From Eledone cirrhosa (taxonomy: Eukaryota), in NCBI GenBank assembly GCA_964016885.1, contig OZ024744.1, positions 67,580,001-67,644,000 on the forward strand: a stretch of 64,000 nucleotides of DNA, written 5' to 3'. Shown one piece after another: positions 35,298 to 49,100 of this stretch; the first letter of the stretch is position 1; every line of letters starts with the position of its first letter. Made by a program: the position numbers and the translations under genes. The notes below the pieces were generated by a model. That model was not told the origin of the DNA, did no database searches, and saw only the letters and a program-made list of their open reading frames with translations.

Positions 35298-35957
35298 TCA
35301 CCATCACCATTACCATCACCATCATCAACACCATCACCATCACCATTACCATCACCATCACCATTACCATCACCACTACCACCTCCACCACCACCACCAC
35401 CATCATCACCATCACCATCACCACCATCACCACAACCACGACCAGCACCGCCACCATCACCACCACCTCCACCATCACCACCACCACCATCACCACAACC
35501 ACCACCATCACCACCCTCACCACCACCACCATCACCACCACCACCACTACCACCACCACCACTATCACCACCACCACCATCACCACCACCACCACCATCA
35601 CCACCACCACCACCATCACCACCACCACCATCACCATCATCACCACCACCACCACTATCACCATCACTACCACCACCATCACCACCACCACCACCACCAT
35701 CACCGCCACCACCATCACCACCACCTCCACCATCACCATCACCACAACCATCACCATCACCACCATCACCACCACCACCATCACCACCACCACCACTATC
35801 ACCACCACCACCATCACCACCACCACCATCACCACCACCACCATCACCACCACCACCATCACCATCATCACCACCACTATCACCATCACCACCACCACCA
35901 CCACCACAACCACCACCACCATCACCACCACCACCATCACCATCATCACTATCCCCA
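35298..35957. repeat. (CAC/CAT)n trinucleotide repeat
   Basis: Directly visible. Confidence 0.92.
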
Positions 35958-36794
35958 TCAATTTTTAATCTCCTGTCTGTGAGACCACATCAACATATGA
36001 CAGTACACCAACCACATCAACACTCACTAAAACCAAACATAGAAATCTGTTTCCTTCTTTGAACACTCTTGTTTCTTCTCTATACAAATCTTCTACAAGC
36101 TTTAGCTAATATTTCATTGTTGTTGTTATCATTGTTGTTGTTGTTCTGCAACAGAAGCTGTTTTGTTGTTGATTTTGTTATTGTTGTTGTTGTTGTGGTG
36201 GTGGTCGATGTGGTTGTTGTGGTTGTTATTGTTGTTACTGTTAATCTTATTCACTTTTGTTGATTTTCTTTTTTATTTACTTATGTTTTTCCTTAAGAAT
36301 CTATTTAATAGTTCCTCTACAATTTACACGCCCCTCCCCCCCCCATCTTTCTCCCTCTCTCGCTCTCTATCTCTATCTGTCTCTTTATCTATCTATCTAT
36401 CTATCTATCTACCTATCTATCTATCTCTTTATCTATCCATCTATCCTTGACTCACTTTCAATTTCTCAATATCACTTCCTCAAATATGTATTTCGTCCAA
36501 TTTTTTTTAGCAATGACAAATTCCTTTTTTATCCATTCGTCCACGATTATCTGTTCATGAATATCTATCTATATATCTGCCTGTTTGTCTCTCTGTCTAT
36601 TTTACATGTGTCTCTATATATGGCTGTATGGTTATGAAGTTCGCTTCATAATCATGGGGTTTCAAATTCAATCCCACTGCACAATACCTTAGGTATGTGT
36701 CTACTGCTATAAGTGCAGGACGATCAAAATTGATTGAAGTTACAGAGTAGGTAGACCAGAAGAACCTGGGATGAGATAATAAAATCCAACCTTG

Positions 36795-37262
36795 CACACT
36801 TACACCTCTCTAAGACAATGTCATTGGATCGAGACCTTTGGTGCTACACAGTAATACAGAAGATCCGCCTTCCCTTATGTACAAAGTTAAACCTACAGTC
36901 AGTAGACACCTCTTAACCAAATATACACCCCAACTCCATCCTCCTACCACCCTTTCTCTGTAAAGTTATGTTTGTACCACAACATCCAATCCAAACTAAA
37001 GAGGTTGTGTAGGTGTCACAACAAAAAAGCACCCAGTCCATGCTGCAAAGTGGTTGTGTAGGAGATACGGTAAAAAGGCTCCCAGTCCACACTGTAAATG
37101 TGGTTGGTGTTAGGAAGGACATCCAGCCGTAGAAAACCTGCCAGATATAGTTATATATGAGCAAGACACGGTCACCCGATCAATCTTGCCATAAGTGGGA
37201 CAATTCCCGTCTAACCCGTGCTAGCATGGAAGATAGACGTTAAATGATGATGATGATGATGA
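36795..37262 (+). mobile_element. RTE LINE 3' fragment
   Basis: Matches 25688-26164. Confidence 0.8.
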
Positions 37263-37882
37263 ATTCTAATGTCTATTTCCTCATTCAACATTCTTAACTG
37301 TCGAGCTTGTGATTCATACTAAGTAACTCTGTTGCTGCCAGTTTCCCTACCAGCCTTGGCCAAGAGATATCAACCAAGATCTTTGCGGGTTCAAGCGTCA
37401 ACTCTAACTTGTTTTACCATTCTTCTTTTTGTGGCATCACTATATCAATGTTTGATCAACCATGACGTTCCATACTGTTCGCACTCGGAGGAGATCCCAT
37501 ACTTCTGCAGCTTTGATGTTGAAATTGTTAAAAAAAGGCATGCTACCCAGGAATTTTCCTGGGAAGTTTTACCATTAACTAATGTTAAAATCTTTCTGAA
37601 ATATATATACACTCATTACCTTTCAACTATTGAAACACTTAGGAAAAGGAAAGAATAAAAACTATGCTTTAATATCTACAGAATGTCTTCAACTTCTAAC
37701 TTTAAAGAAAACTTGCAACTAAAATTTTGCTTTTTCAAACTTCAACTCTGGTTTGTCCAACCATTAACCAACACTAACACTTTTCTGGTGTACCAATTCA
37801 CTGATGAAAGTCTTTTAAGATTGAACATTTTGAATAAAACATTAGGTTTCATTTCCTTCCATGCATTGTTTTATATATATAT

Positions 37883-37883
<1 letters not shown>

Positions 37884-37915
<32 letters not shown>

Positions 37916-38757
37916 GTTTAACGTCTATCTTCCATGCTTGCATGGGTTTGGACAGGAATTTTCCCACTTGAGGTAAGATTGGTTGTCTTGCTCGTATAGG
38001 ATTGTCTGGCGGGTTTTCTACGGCTGGATACCCTTCCTAAAATCAACCATGTTAACAGTGTGGACTGGGAGGTTTTTACCGTGTTACCTACATGGCCACA
38101 TTACAGCATGGACTGTGTGTTTTTTTGTCGTGACACCTACACGACCTCATTTGTTTCGGACTGGATGTTGTGGTACCAACATAACTTTACATTGAAAGGG
38201 GTGGTGTGGATGGGGTGGGGGTAGTGGGACAGGGGTGTATTTTTGTTAGAGGTGCCTACTGACTGTAGGTTTCGCTTTGTACTTAGGCAAGGCGGGTCTT
38301 CTATATTACTGTGTAGCGCCAAAGATCTCGGTCCAGTGACATTGTCTTGGAGAGGTGTAAGTGTGTGAGGTCGGAATTTATCAAGTCGTCCCAGGTTTTT
38401 CTGGGTCTGCCTACTCCGTGGCTACCGTCTATTTTTTTTTATATCCCTGCACTTTTTTATACAACTGTCGTCTTTCATGCGCATCACGTGACCGTACCAA
38501 CGTAGTCTTCTCTCAAGTAAACAACATCTGATCCCTCTTATTCCTAATTTCTCCCTTAGTTCATTTATGCTTTGCCATTCACGTATATTACTATTACACA
38601 TCCAGTGGAGCATGCAAACTTCGTTCCTCTCCAGTCTGCGTATATCCTCTGCACACAATGCCCAGGTCTCACTGCCAAGCATCATTGCTGTTCGTATGCA
38701 GGCATCATACAGACTGCCTTTCATTTTTAGAGAGAACCCTTTAGCGGCCAATAGTGG
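37884..38757 (-). mobile_element. RTE LINE 3' fragment (same family as 22809-26164)
   Basis: AAKGFSLKMKG..SETWALCAEDIRRLERNE..RRLRWYGHV, with (TCA)n tail. Confidence 0.88.
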
Positions 38758-38908
38758 TAAAATATATATATATATTTATATATATATATATATTGGTAAT
38801 TTAACAAATATAAATGTTTATAACTGATTCAGAGCACTCGACAGGTTTTCTGGAGTATAATATTCAATGATATTAAATAAATGGAAACTATATTTATAAA
38901 ACCATATT

Positions 38909-38970
38909 TATTCTATTATATATATTTGAAGGGTACCAAAACTTTGGTACGCTTTCATCAGATAAAATAC
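38909..38970 (-). ncRNA. Hammerhead motif, probably inactive (GAAA mutated to CAAA)
   Basis: Reverse complement of 39114-39176, except CCCTT-CAAA. Confidence 0.5.
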
Positions 38971-39113
38971 GAAGTGTGTTTTATAAATTTTGACATAACC
39001 AAGGAAAATAACATAACGGTTCAAGTTTTCCTTGGATAGTCACTATCCCTGGATAACTTGAACCGTTAAGGTATATTCTCCTTGGTTATGTCAAAATTTA
39101 TAAAACACACTTC

Positions 39114-39176
39114 GTATTTTATCTGATGAAAGCGTACCAAAGTTTTGGTACCCTTGAAATATATATAATAGAATAA
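39114..39176 (+). ncRNA. Minimal type I hammerhead ribozyme
   Basis: TATTTTAT CTGATGA AAGCGTACCAAA-G-TTTTGGTACCCTT GAAA TATATA TA ATAGAATA. Confidence 0.75.
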
Positions 39177-39310
39177 ATATGGTTTTATAAATATAGTTTC
39201 CACTTATTTAATATCATTGAATATTATACTGCAGAAACTTGTCGAGTGCTCTGAATCAGTTATAAACATTTATATTTGTTAAATTACCAACAAATTGAAT
39301 ATCCCTTCTG

Positions 39311-39385
<75 letters not shown>

Positions 39386-39954
39386 TTATTAAAATAACAG
39401 ATTATGTTTTAACTTATTTCCAACAGTTCATAACTTCAAAGTTATGAAATCATTTCCAACAAATCATAACTTCAAAGCTAGATGGGGTTACTAGTTTATT
39501 GATGAGACGTTTGTCAATCATTCATATATGTGTTGTTAATAAATGTTTGTTTAAAAAAAGTCATTTTACTGGGAAAAAAAACCCGGCACAGCAACTGTAG
39601 CTGTGTAAAATATACAAAGCAGTCAACAGGTTAAGGTAATTAAGTCTTTAGTTAAATTGGGTTTAAACTTTAGTTAAACTTTGTTTTTGCCATTAAGAAT
39701 TTCATTCTGTTTTTTCCTGTGTTCATATGTCATACTACTTCTTTTCAATTTCACTGTCTCCTAGATATATTTTTCATTAAATTTGTCTAAAAATTTGATA
39801 TTCTAAAATTCTAAAGGGCAAAAAAAACAACAAAAAAACTGCTGTATGTATTATTTTTACAGAATACTAAACAGCTATTCATTTTTAACATTATCATTAA
39901 TTTGAATGCATTCACCAATGCCATGATTTGTAATTATAATAATAAATACTTAAT

Positions 39955-40176
39955 AATTACATCATTGAAGAGTCATTTTAACTATTTAAGAGCACACACA
40001 AATTATATACTCCCTTTTCATTTATTTTGTGGTGTATCAAAATTTTCACCTCTAAAGTGAAATTGTGCCAATATGATTAGGTTACAGAGTTAAGACAAAA
40101 TTTTGAATGAAAAGTAAATTTAAGAATTTTTGTGTGCTCTTGAATGGTTAAAATGACAATTCAATGGATGTAATTA
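39955..40176. mobile_element. MITE-like element with ~50-bp imperfect inverted repeats
   Basis: CATTGAA..GTCATTTTAACTATTTAAGAGCACACA / TGTGTGCTCTTGAATGGTTAAAATGAC..TTCAATG. Confidence 0.45.
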
Positions 40177-41454
40177 CTTCAATTTCAACTCACAATTTCA
40201 AACCAAGTTCCTTGCAAAACATGTACAACTCATAAAATAAATACTTTGGGTTTTCAAAAAAAAAAAAAAATCCAGAAATTAAAAAAAAAAAGAACTCAAT
40301 GCTTGTAGCAAAGAGAGTATGTTGAATCCACTTAGTGTTTTCTTACAAACAACACAGTCCATTTGTTTCAGTTATTCAACATCTTCAGAGATAACTGAAG
40401 TTACTCATTTGATAAACACATTATATATATAAAATCATTAATAAAATTACTAGTTGTGATCATCATCATCATAATCATCAATATCATCATTGAATGTCTA
40501 ATTTTCTATGCTGACATGGGTTAGACAGATCATCACAATTGGAGCTACTGTTCTGGTTTTGGCATGGTTTCTATAGCTAGATTTATTTCCTATCACCATT
40601 TACTTTACAGAGTGTGCTTGGTGCATTTTAACATGACACCAGCACTGAAGAGGTTGTCATGTCCTTGACATAACTGTAGAGTTTTTGCAACTCTCTATTT
40701 GACATGATTTCTATAGCTGTGTGCCCTTATAGCTGTGTGCCCTTTCTAACACCAACCAATCTGTAAAGCGTATTAAGTGCATTTTTTTTTAGGTTCAAGC
40801 AACCAGTGTTGGGGAATAAATGCTAACATATTTTATGGTATGGTGTGGTATGGACATGTAATTCCTGAGGGAGTCATAGGGGTGCCATATTGACATACAG
40901 CATTTCTAGGGCATTTTAAAATCTGGCAGAGCCCATCCCCTCATCAAGATTGAGTACAGCAGATTTTTTCCAGAGAAGGATAGAAAGTCAGAGAAAGGAA
41001 ATGAGAAAGAGATATAGAGGAAGAATTGACTCCAGTACTAGACTGGTACTATTTTATCGACCTTGAATGGATGAAAGGCAAAGTTCACCTCAGCATGATT
41101 TAAACTGAGAATGCTGGAACAAATACTGCAAAGCAGTCTATCTGATGTTCAATGACTCTGCCAATTCGTCACCTTATAAAATATAAGATGAAAAAAAAAA
41201 GATGATAAAAAGATGAAAGGGTGAATGGTTTTAAAGAGACACCATCAAAATCATTCGAAATTTAGTGAAAATATGACATACGTTAAATATAGTCTTGGGA
41301 TAGATAAACAGATAGAGAAAATGTGATACTGACCCCAGTATCTGTTGAGCTTACTAAACAAAGATAAATTATAATTGTAGAAAATTATGAAATATCTACT
41401 GATATACACAATTATATTGGGTAATATTAAACATTATTCTAGTGTCATTTAGAA

Positions 41455-41610
41455 CAGGAGTGGCCAGCATTTTTCAAACAGTGGGCTACATAGGGTGTCG
41501 CTCATCATAAGACAGGCCGCACTGTGGAAAAAATTCAAGGCAATTTTGAAATTAGGTGTGTCATTCAGAAAGTTAAATGCGGCTCGCAGGCTACAGTTTG
41601 CCCATGATTG
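41455..41610. mobile_element. Decayed hAT MITE
   Basis: CAGGAGTGGCCA..TTTGCCCATGATTG, with TSD ATTTAGAA / GTTTAGAA. Confidence 0.55.
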
Positions 41611-41891
41611 GTTTAGAATATCATATATAATTGCTAATATCATGTTAGTACTTTATATTATTCTCAAAGTTGGCTTTAAAAAACCATTGATGATTACATA
41701 AATATGAAAAAGAAAGATAAAAGCAAATTAAGTAATGAGAAAAAGGGGAAGGGGTAAAGAAGGGTAGAGGAAAGGACTATAAATGCTATAAATGAGAAGA
41801 AAAGAGGAAAAAAACAAGGACTCTATAGTCAAAGAAAAAGGGAGGGTGAAGGGAAAAATGTGGTTTTGGGGCTGAAGTGCTAATATATAAC

Positions 41892-42800
41892 AACCAGCCA
41901 ACCAACCACCAGCCAACCAACCAGTCAGCCAACCAGCCCACCAACCAACCGACCAACCAGCCAACCAACTAGCCGACCAACCATCCAATCCTCCAGCTAG
42001 CCAACAATCCAACCAGCCAGCAAACCAGTCAACCAGCCAGCCAATCATCCAACTAGGCAACCTTCCAGCCCACTAACCATCCAGCCCACCAGCCAACTAG
42101 ACAACTATCCAGCCAACCAATCATCCAATCCTACAGCTAACCAACCAGGCACCAACCAACCAACCATCCAATCCTCCAGTTAGCCAGCCATCCAACCCAC
42201 CAGCAAGCCAGCCAACCAGCAAACCAACCAGGCCACTAACCAGTCAGAAAACCACCCAATCCTCTAGTCAACCAACCAACCAGCCAGTCAACCAACCAAC
42301 AAGCCAACCAACTAGCCAAACAACCAACCAAACAACCAGCCAACCAACCAGCCAACCAACCAGCCAACCAACCAGTCATCCAACCAACCAACCACCCAAA
42401 CCTCTAGTCAACCAACCAACCAGCCAGTCAATCATCCAACCAGCCAACCAACCAGCCAACCAACCAGCCAACCAACTAGCCAACCAACTAGCCAACAAAC
42501 TAGCCAACAAAGCAGCCAACCAACCAGCCAACCAACCAGCCAGTCATCCAACCAACCAACCATCCAATCCTCTAGCCAGCCAACCAACCAACCAGCCAAC
42601 CAACCAGCCAACCAACTAACCAACCAACCAACCAACCAGCCAACCAACCAGCCAACCAACTAACCAACAAACCAGCCAACTAACCAGCCAACAAATCAGC
42701 CAGTCATCCAACCAACCAGCCATCTGACCCACCAACCAGCTAGCTAACCATCCAACCAACCATCTAACTCCTCCATCCAGCAAGCCAACCAACCATCCAT
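41892..42800. repeat. (CCAA/CCAG)n degenerate tetranucleotide satellite
   Basis: Directly visible. Confidence 0.9.
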
Positions 42801-43006
42801 AACTCAACATTCAGAACTAGGAAATCTTGTCCAGTTTTACTGCAATTATCATGAATCTTGCTTTTCCTTCAAGAAATTGCTGCTTTTGTCAATTATTTTC
42901 TTTGATGTCATCAAGTCTCTTCTTTAACTCTATCAACTACTTCCTTCTCTCTTGCAGCCTTTCTTTTTCTTCTCTCTTGCTGTCTTTCATCATCTTATCG
43001 TTTTAT

Positions 43007-43074
<68 letters not shown>

Positions 43075-43236
43075 ATTTATCCTTCAAAGGAACAAAAAAA
43101 AAGACCAAACAAAGAGAGAGAGAGAGAGAGAGAGAGAGTGAGAGACGAGGAGAGAGAGAGAGAAAGAGAGAGAGTTAGATAGACAGGCAGTTAGAGAGAG
43201 AGAGAAAGAGAGAGGGAGGGGGATACATATATATAT

Positions 43237-43404
43237 ATATAGATGAGATTCTACAGGACTAGAACTGTTTCATTCTTTGATGATTTCTCAAGAATGAAAC
43301 AGTTCTAGTCCTGTAGAATCTCATCTATATTAAATATTTATACTCTGCTATGTATTGAGTACCTTACTTACTGTGGTTACCTCCGATTCAACCCGGGATA
43401 AACT
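43237..43404 (+). mobile_element. Very short PLE pseudo-LTR fragment with 41-bp inverted duplication and truncated hammerhead
   Basis: Arms 43237-43277 / 43290-43330. TGATGA TTTCT-CA-AGAAT GAAAC AGTTCTA GTC. (TA)n flanks. Confidence 0.55.
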
Positions 43405-43463
<59 letters not shown>

Positions 43464-43535
43464 TTAGAGGAAGAGAAAGAGATGGAGAGGGAGAGGGATA
43501 TATATATATGTTTCTCTTTCTCTTCCTCTAACCGT

Positions 43536-43607
<72 letters not shown>

Positions 43608-43759
43608 TCGCTGCTGTTATAAAGTGAGTCCAATAACCCAGTTTCCATGTGTTGTTAGAGCCAGGCTGATAAAGATATGGTTATCTATATCTATAGCAAA
43701 TAAAGACATGGAATCTATATCTATAGCACAGTCCTATCGTAGGACACTCTACCTTTCCT

Positions 43760-44566
43760 CACACACAGACACACTCACATACACATATGAACATAACAAA
43801 CAAACACACACACACACACACAGACACACACACACACACAGACATACATACATACAGACACACACACACATGCACACAAAAACACTGACACACACATGCT
43901 CATACACAGAGCCACACACACAGAGCCACACTCACAGACACACAGACACACACAAACACTGACACACACACACACATGCTCACACACAGACAGGCACACA
44001 CACACAGACAAGCACACGCACACACACAGACACACACATGAACACAAACACACACAAACACTGACACACACACACATATGGTCACACACAGACAGGCACA
44101 CACAGACACACACATGCACACATACACACACAAACACTGACACACACAAACATGCTCACACACAGACAGGCGCACACACACACACACACACAGACACACA
44201 CAAACAGTGACACACACACACATGCACATAGACAGACAGGCACACACACACATGCACACAGATACACGCAAACAGTGACACACACACATGCACATAGACA
44301 GACAGGCACACACACACATACAGACACACACACACACATGCACACAGACACACACACAAACACTGACACACACAAACATGCTCACACACAGACAGGCACA
44401 CACGCGCACACAGACAAACACATGCACACAGACACACACAAACAGTGACACACACACACACATGCACATATATAGATAGGCACACACACACAGAGACACA
44501 CACAAACACTGACACACATAAACATGCTCACACACAGACAGGCACACACATACATGCACACAGACA
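43760..44566. repeat. CA-rich degenerate minisatellite
   Basis: Recurring CACACACAAACACTGACACACACA..CATGCTCACACACAGACAGG units. Confidence 0.9.
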
Positions 44567-44567
44567 T

Positions 44568-46022
44568 AGTTTGGATTTATCCCTAACTCCAGCTGCTGTG
44601 ATCAGCTTATCGAGTTCCTTGAGGACATCACCCGGATCACTGACAGCGGCACATGGGTGGATGTTGTTTACCTTGACTTTGCTAAGGCTTTTAATTCTGT
44701 GCCACACAAAAGACTTATGGCAAAACTCTCTGCAATGGGTGTGAGGGATGATCTTTTCGACTGGTTGAAATCCTTCATTCTCAGCCGAAAAGAAGTAGTC
44801 ATGGTTCTAGGACAGCATTCTTCACCATATCAGATGTCATCTGGTGTACCACAGGGATCTGTTCTTGGTCCTCTTTTGTTTGTGGCATATATTAATGACA
44901 TAGATGCCAACTTACAGAATGCCACGGTACTGAAATATGCAGATGACATGAAGCTGTACCTTGAAATCAAAAGGACTGATCTTGAAATTTACAACTCTTT
45001 CCTACAATCAGACCTGGACACAATGCAGCAATGGATCACAGACTGGCAACTGAAGCTGGCTGTGGACAAGCGTACCACCATGCATTTTGGAAGGAAAAAT
45101 CCAGCGTCCACATACTCCCTCCACAACACTGATATCAAAAAGTCCTCTTGTGAACGTGACCTGGGCATTACTGTCAGCAACGATTTGCGTTGGACAAAGC
45201 ATGTCTCTAAGATTGTCAAGAAGGCCGAGGGTGTCTTGGCATCACTCAGCAAGACCTTTGTTAGCCGCTCTCCAGCCATCTATTTAAAACTGTATACAGC
45301 TATGGTACGACCACACTTGGAATTCGCATCATCAGTCTGGAACCCCTATCTTGCCTAGAACATCGACCTCCTGGAAACTGTTCAGAGACGTGCAACCAAG
45401 CGCATACCCTCCATACTCTGAACGCCTTGCTTCCCTGGGCATGGATTCATTGAAGCTCCGACGTCTGGCAATGGACTTGGTGAATACCCACAAAGTTTTT
45501 AACCATCTCACCAATTGCAACCCTGAGCGCCTCTTTGATCTCCATGTGTCTAACACACGTGGACATGCCTACAAGATCAGAAAACAGCACAGCTCCCATG
45601 ACTTTCGTAGACATTTTTACACGCTCAGAGTTGCTGAAGCATGGAACAAACTGCCTGCGTCAGTTGTTAGCTGCCGAGACACTGCATCCTTTAAGACACT
45701 CATGCTTCCCGAAATACGCCAAAACTACACCTGATGTACCCCTTCCATACACATGCACACATGTGTGTATCATGACTCGTGCACTGTTCATTTTACTGAT
45801 GTTTGTGCATTGCCCTATGTACTGTACATGCACTTTTTTGATGGGTTGTGGTGCACCTGAGCACTGTACACAATATTTCATTATTGTTATTATTATTATA
45901 TCATGACTCATACACTGTTCATTTTCCTGACATTTGTACATTATTCTATGTACTATACATGCACCTTTGATGAGTTGTAGTGCACCTGAGCACTGTACAC
46001 AATAATTTCATTATTATTATTA
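44568..46022 (+). mobile_element. CR1-clade LINE, 5'-truncated (RT and C-terminus), with duplicated 3' end
   Basis: VYLDFAKAFNSVPH, SGVPQGSVLGPLLF, KYADD, ERDLGI, VRPHLEF. Premature TAG at 45356. (ATT)n tails at ~45890 and ~46015. Confidence 0.9.
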
Positions 46023-46149
46023 TATACACTAGCATACACACACTCATGCACACCGACACATACAAAAATGCACGCACACAAACAGACACATACAGACACT
46101 CATGCACACATACACAAACAGATACACACAGACACATATACACACAGAT

Positions 46150-49100
46150 CTACACAACCACACACACACAGACACACACTGATACACACAACCACACATA
46201 CACACAACCACACAACCACACAACCACACACACTGACACACACACCACACAACCACACAGCCACACAACCACACAACCCCACACAACCACAAAACCTCAC
46301 AACCACACAACCATACACACAACCACACAACCACACAACCATACGCACAACCACACAACCACACAACCACACAACCACCAAACCACACACACAACCACAC
46401 AACCACACAACCACACACACAACCACACAACCAGACACACAACCACACAATCACACAACCATACACACAACCACACAACCACACAACCACACAACCACAC
46501 AAACACACAAACACACACACAACCACACAACCACACAACCACACACACAAGCACACACACAACCACACAACCACACACACAACCACACAACCAGATACAC
46601 AACCACACAACCACACAACCACACACCACACAACCACACAACCCCACAACCACACAACCACACAACCACACAACCCCACACAACCACAAAACCACACAAC
46701 CACACAACCATACACACAACCACACAACCACACAACCATACGCACAACCACACAACCACACAACCACACAACCATACGCACAACCACACAACCACACAAC
46801 CACACAACCACACACACAACCACACAACCAGACACACAACCACACAATCACACAACCATAAACACAACCACACAACCACACACACAAGCACACACACAAC
46901 CACACAACCACACACACAACCACACAACCAGATACACAACCACACAACCACACAACCACACACCACACAACCACACAACCACACAACCACACAACCACAA
47001 AACCACACAACCACACAACCACACACACAACCACACAACCACACAACCACACAACCACACAACCATACACACAACCACACAACCACACACAACCACACAA
47101 CCACACCGACAACCACACAACCACACAACCACACAAACACACAACCACACAAACACACAACCACGCAAACACAACCACACACAACCACACAACCACACAA
47201 ACATACAACCACACAACCACACAAACATACAACCACACAACCACACACACAACCACACAACCACACACCCAACCACACACCCACACAACCACACACACAA
47301 CCACACAACCACACAACCACACAACCACACACACAACCACACAACCACACAACCACATACAACCACAAAACCACACAACCACACAACCATACACACAACC
47401 ACACAACCACACAACCACACAACAACACAACCACACACCACACAACCACACAACCACACAATCACACAACCACACCACACAACCACACAACCACACACAC
47501 TGACACAACCACACACACACTGACACAACCACACAACCACACAACCACACACTGACACAACCACACAACCACACAACCACACAACTGCACACACAACCAC
47601 ACAACCACACAACCACACACACAACCACAAAACCACACAACCACACAACCACACAACCAACCACATAACCACACAACCACACAATCACACAAACACACAA
47701 CTACACAAACACACAACCACACAAACACACAACCACACAAACACACAACCACACAACCACACACACAACCACACACAACCACACAACCACACACACAACC
47801 ACAGAACCAACCACACAACCACATAACCATACAACCACACAACCACACACACAACCACACAACCACACCCACAACCACACCCCCAACAACACAACCATAC
47901 ACACAACCACACAACCACACAACCACACAACCATACACACAACCACACAACCACACAACCACACAAACATACAACCACACAACCACACAAACATACAACC
48001 ACACAACCACACACACAACCACACAACCACACACCCAACCACACACCCACACAACCACACGCACAACCACACAACCACACAACCACACACATAACCACAC
48101 AACCACACACACACCACACAACCACACAACCAACCACACAACAACATAACCATACAACCACACAACCACACACACAACCACACAACCACAAAACCACACA
48201 ATCACACAACCATACACACAACCACACACACAACCACACAACCACACAACCACACAACCACACAACCATACACACAACCACACAACCACACACAACCACA
48301 CAACCACACCGACAACCACACAACCACACAACCACACAAACACACAACCACACAAACACACAACCACGCAAACACAACCACACACAACCACACAACCACA
48401 CAAACATACAACCACACAACCACACAAACATACAACCACACAACCACACACACAACCACACAACCACACATCCAACCACACACCCACACAACCACACACA
48501 CAACCACACAACCACACAACCACACACACAACCACACAACCACACAACCACACAACCACATACAACCACAAAACCACACAACCACACAACCATAAACACA
48601 ACCACACAACCATACACACAACCACACAACCACACAACCACACACAACCACACAACCACACACACAACCACACAACCACACACACACCACACAACCACAC
48701 AACCAACCACACAACAACATAACCATACAACCACACAACCACACACACAACCACACAACCACAAAACCACACAATCACACAACCATACACACAACCACAC
48801 AACCACACAACTACACACACAACCACACAACCACACAACCACACAACCACACTACCACACAACCATACACACAACCACACAACCACACACAACCACACAA
48901 CCACACAAACATACAACCACACAACCACACACACAACCACACAACCACACACCCAACCACACACCCACACAAACACACACACAACCACATAACCACACAA
49001 CCACACACACAACCACACAACCACACAACCACACAACCACATACAACCACAAAACCACACAACCACACAACCATACACACAACCACACAGCCACACAACC

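Larger units (their letters stand above)
38793..39310. mobile_element. ~500-bp near-perfect palindrome of two inverted PLE pseudo-LTRs
   Basis: Arms 38793-39040 / 39042-39290 around GGATAGT-C-ACTATCC. (TA)n flanks. Confidence 0.8.

Noticed and set aside
35235-36062. Poly-Pro/poly-His ORFs (also 21347-22111, 54092-54628, 55300-55799)
   Set aside because: Trinucleotide microsatellite artefacts.
37440-37560. Possible terminal exon on the minus strand (KFLGSMPFFNNFNIKAAEVWDLLRV...)
   Set aside because: Weak acceptor and unrecognised peptide; cannot be supported without expression or homology data.
42820-42990. Coiled-coil-like minus-strand reading (ERLQERRK*LIELKKRLDDIKEK)
   Set aside because: In-frame stops and no clear splice sites.
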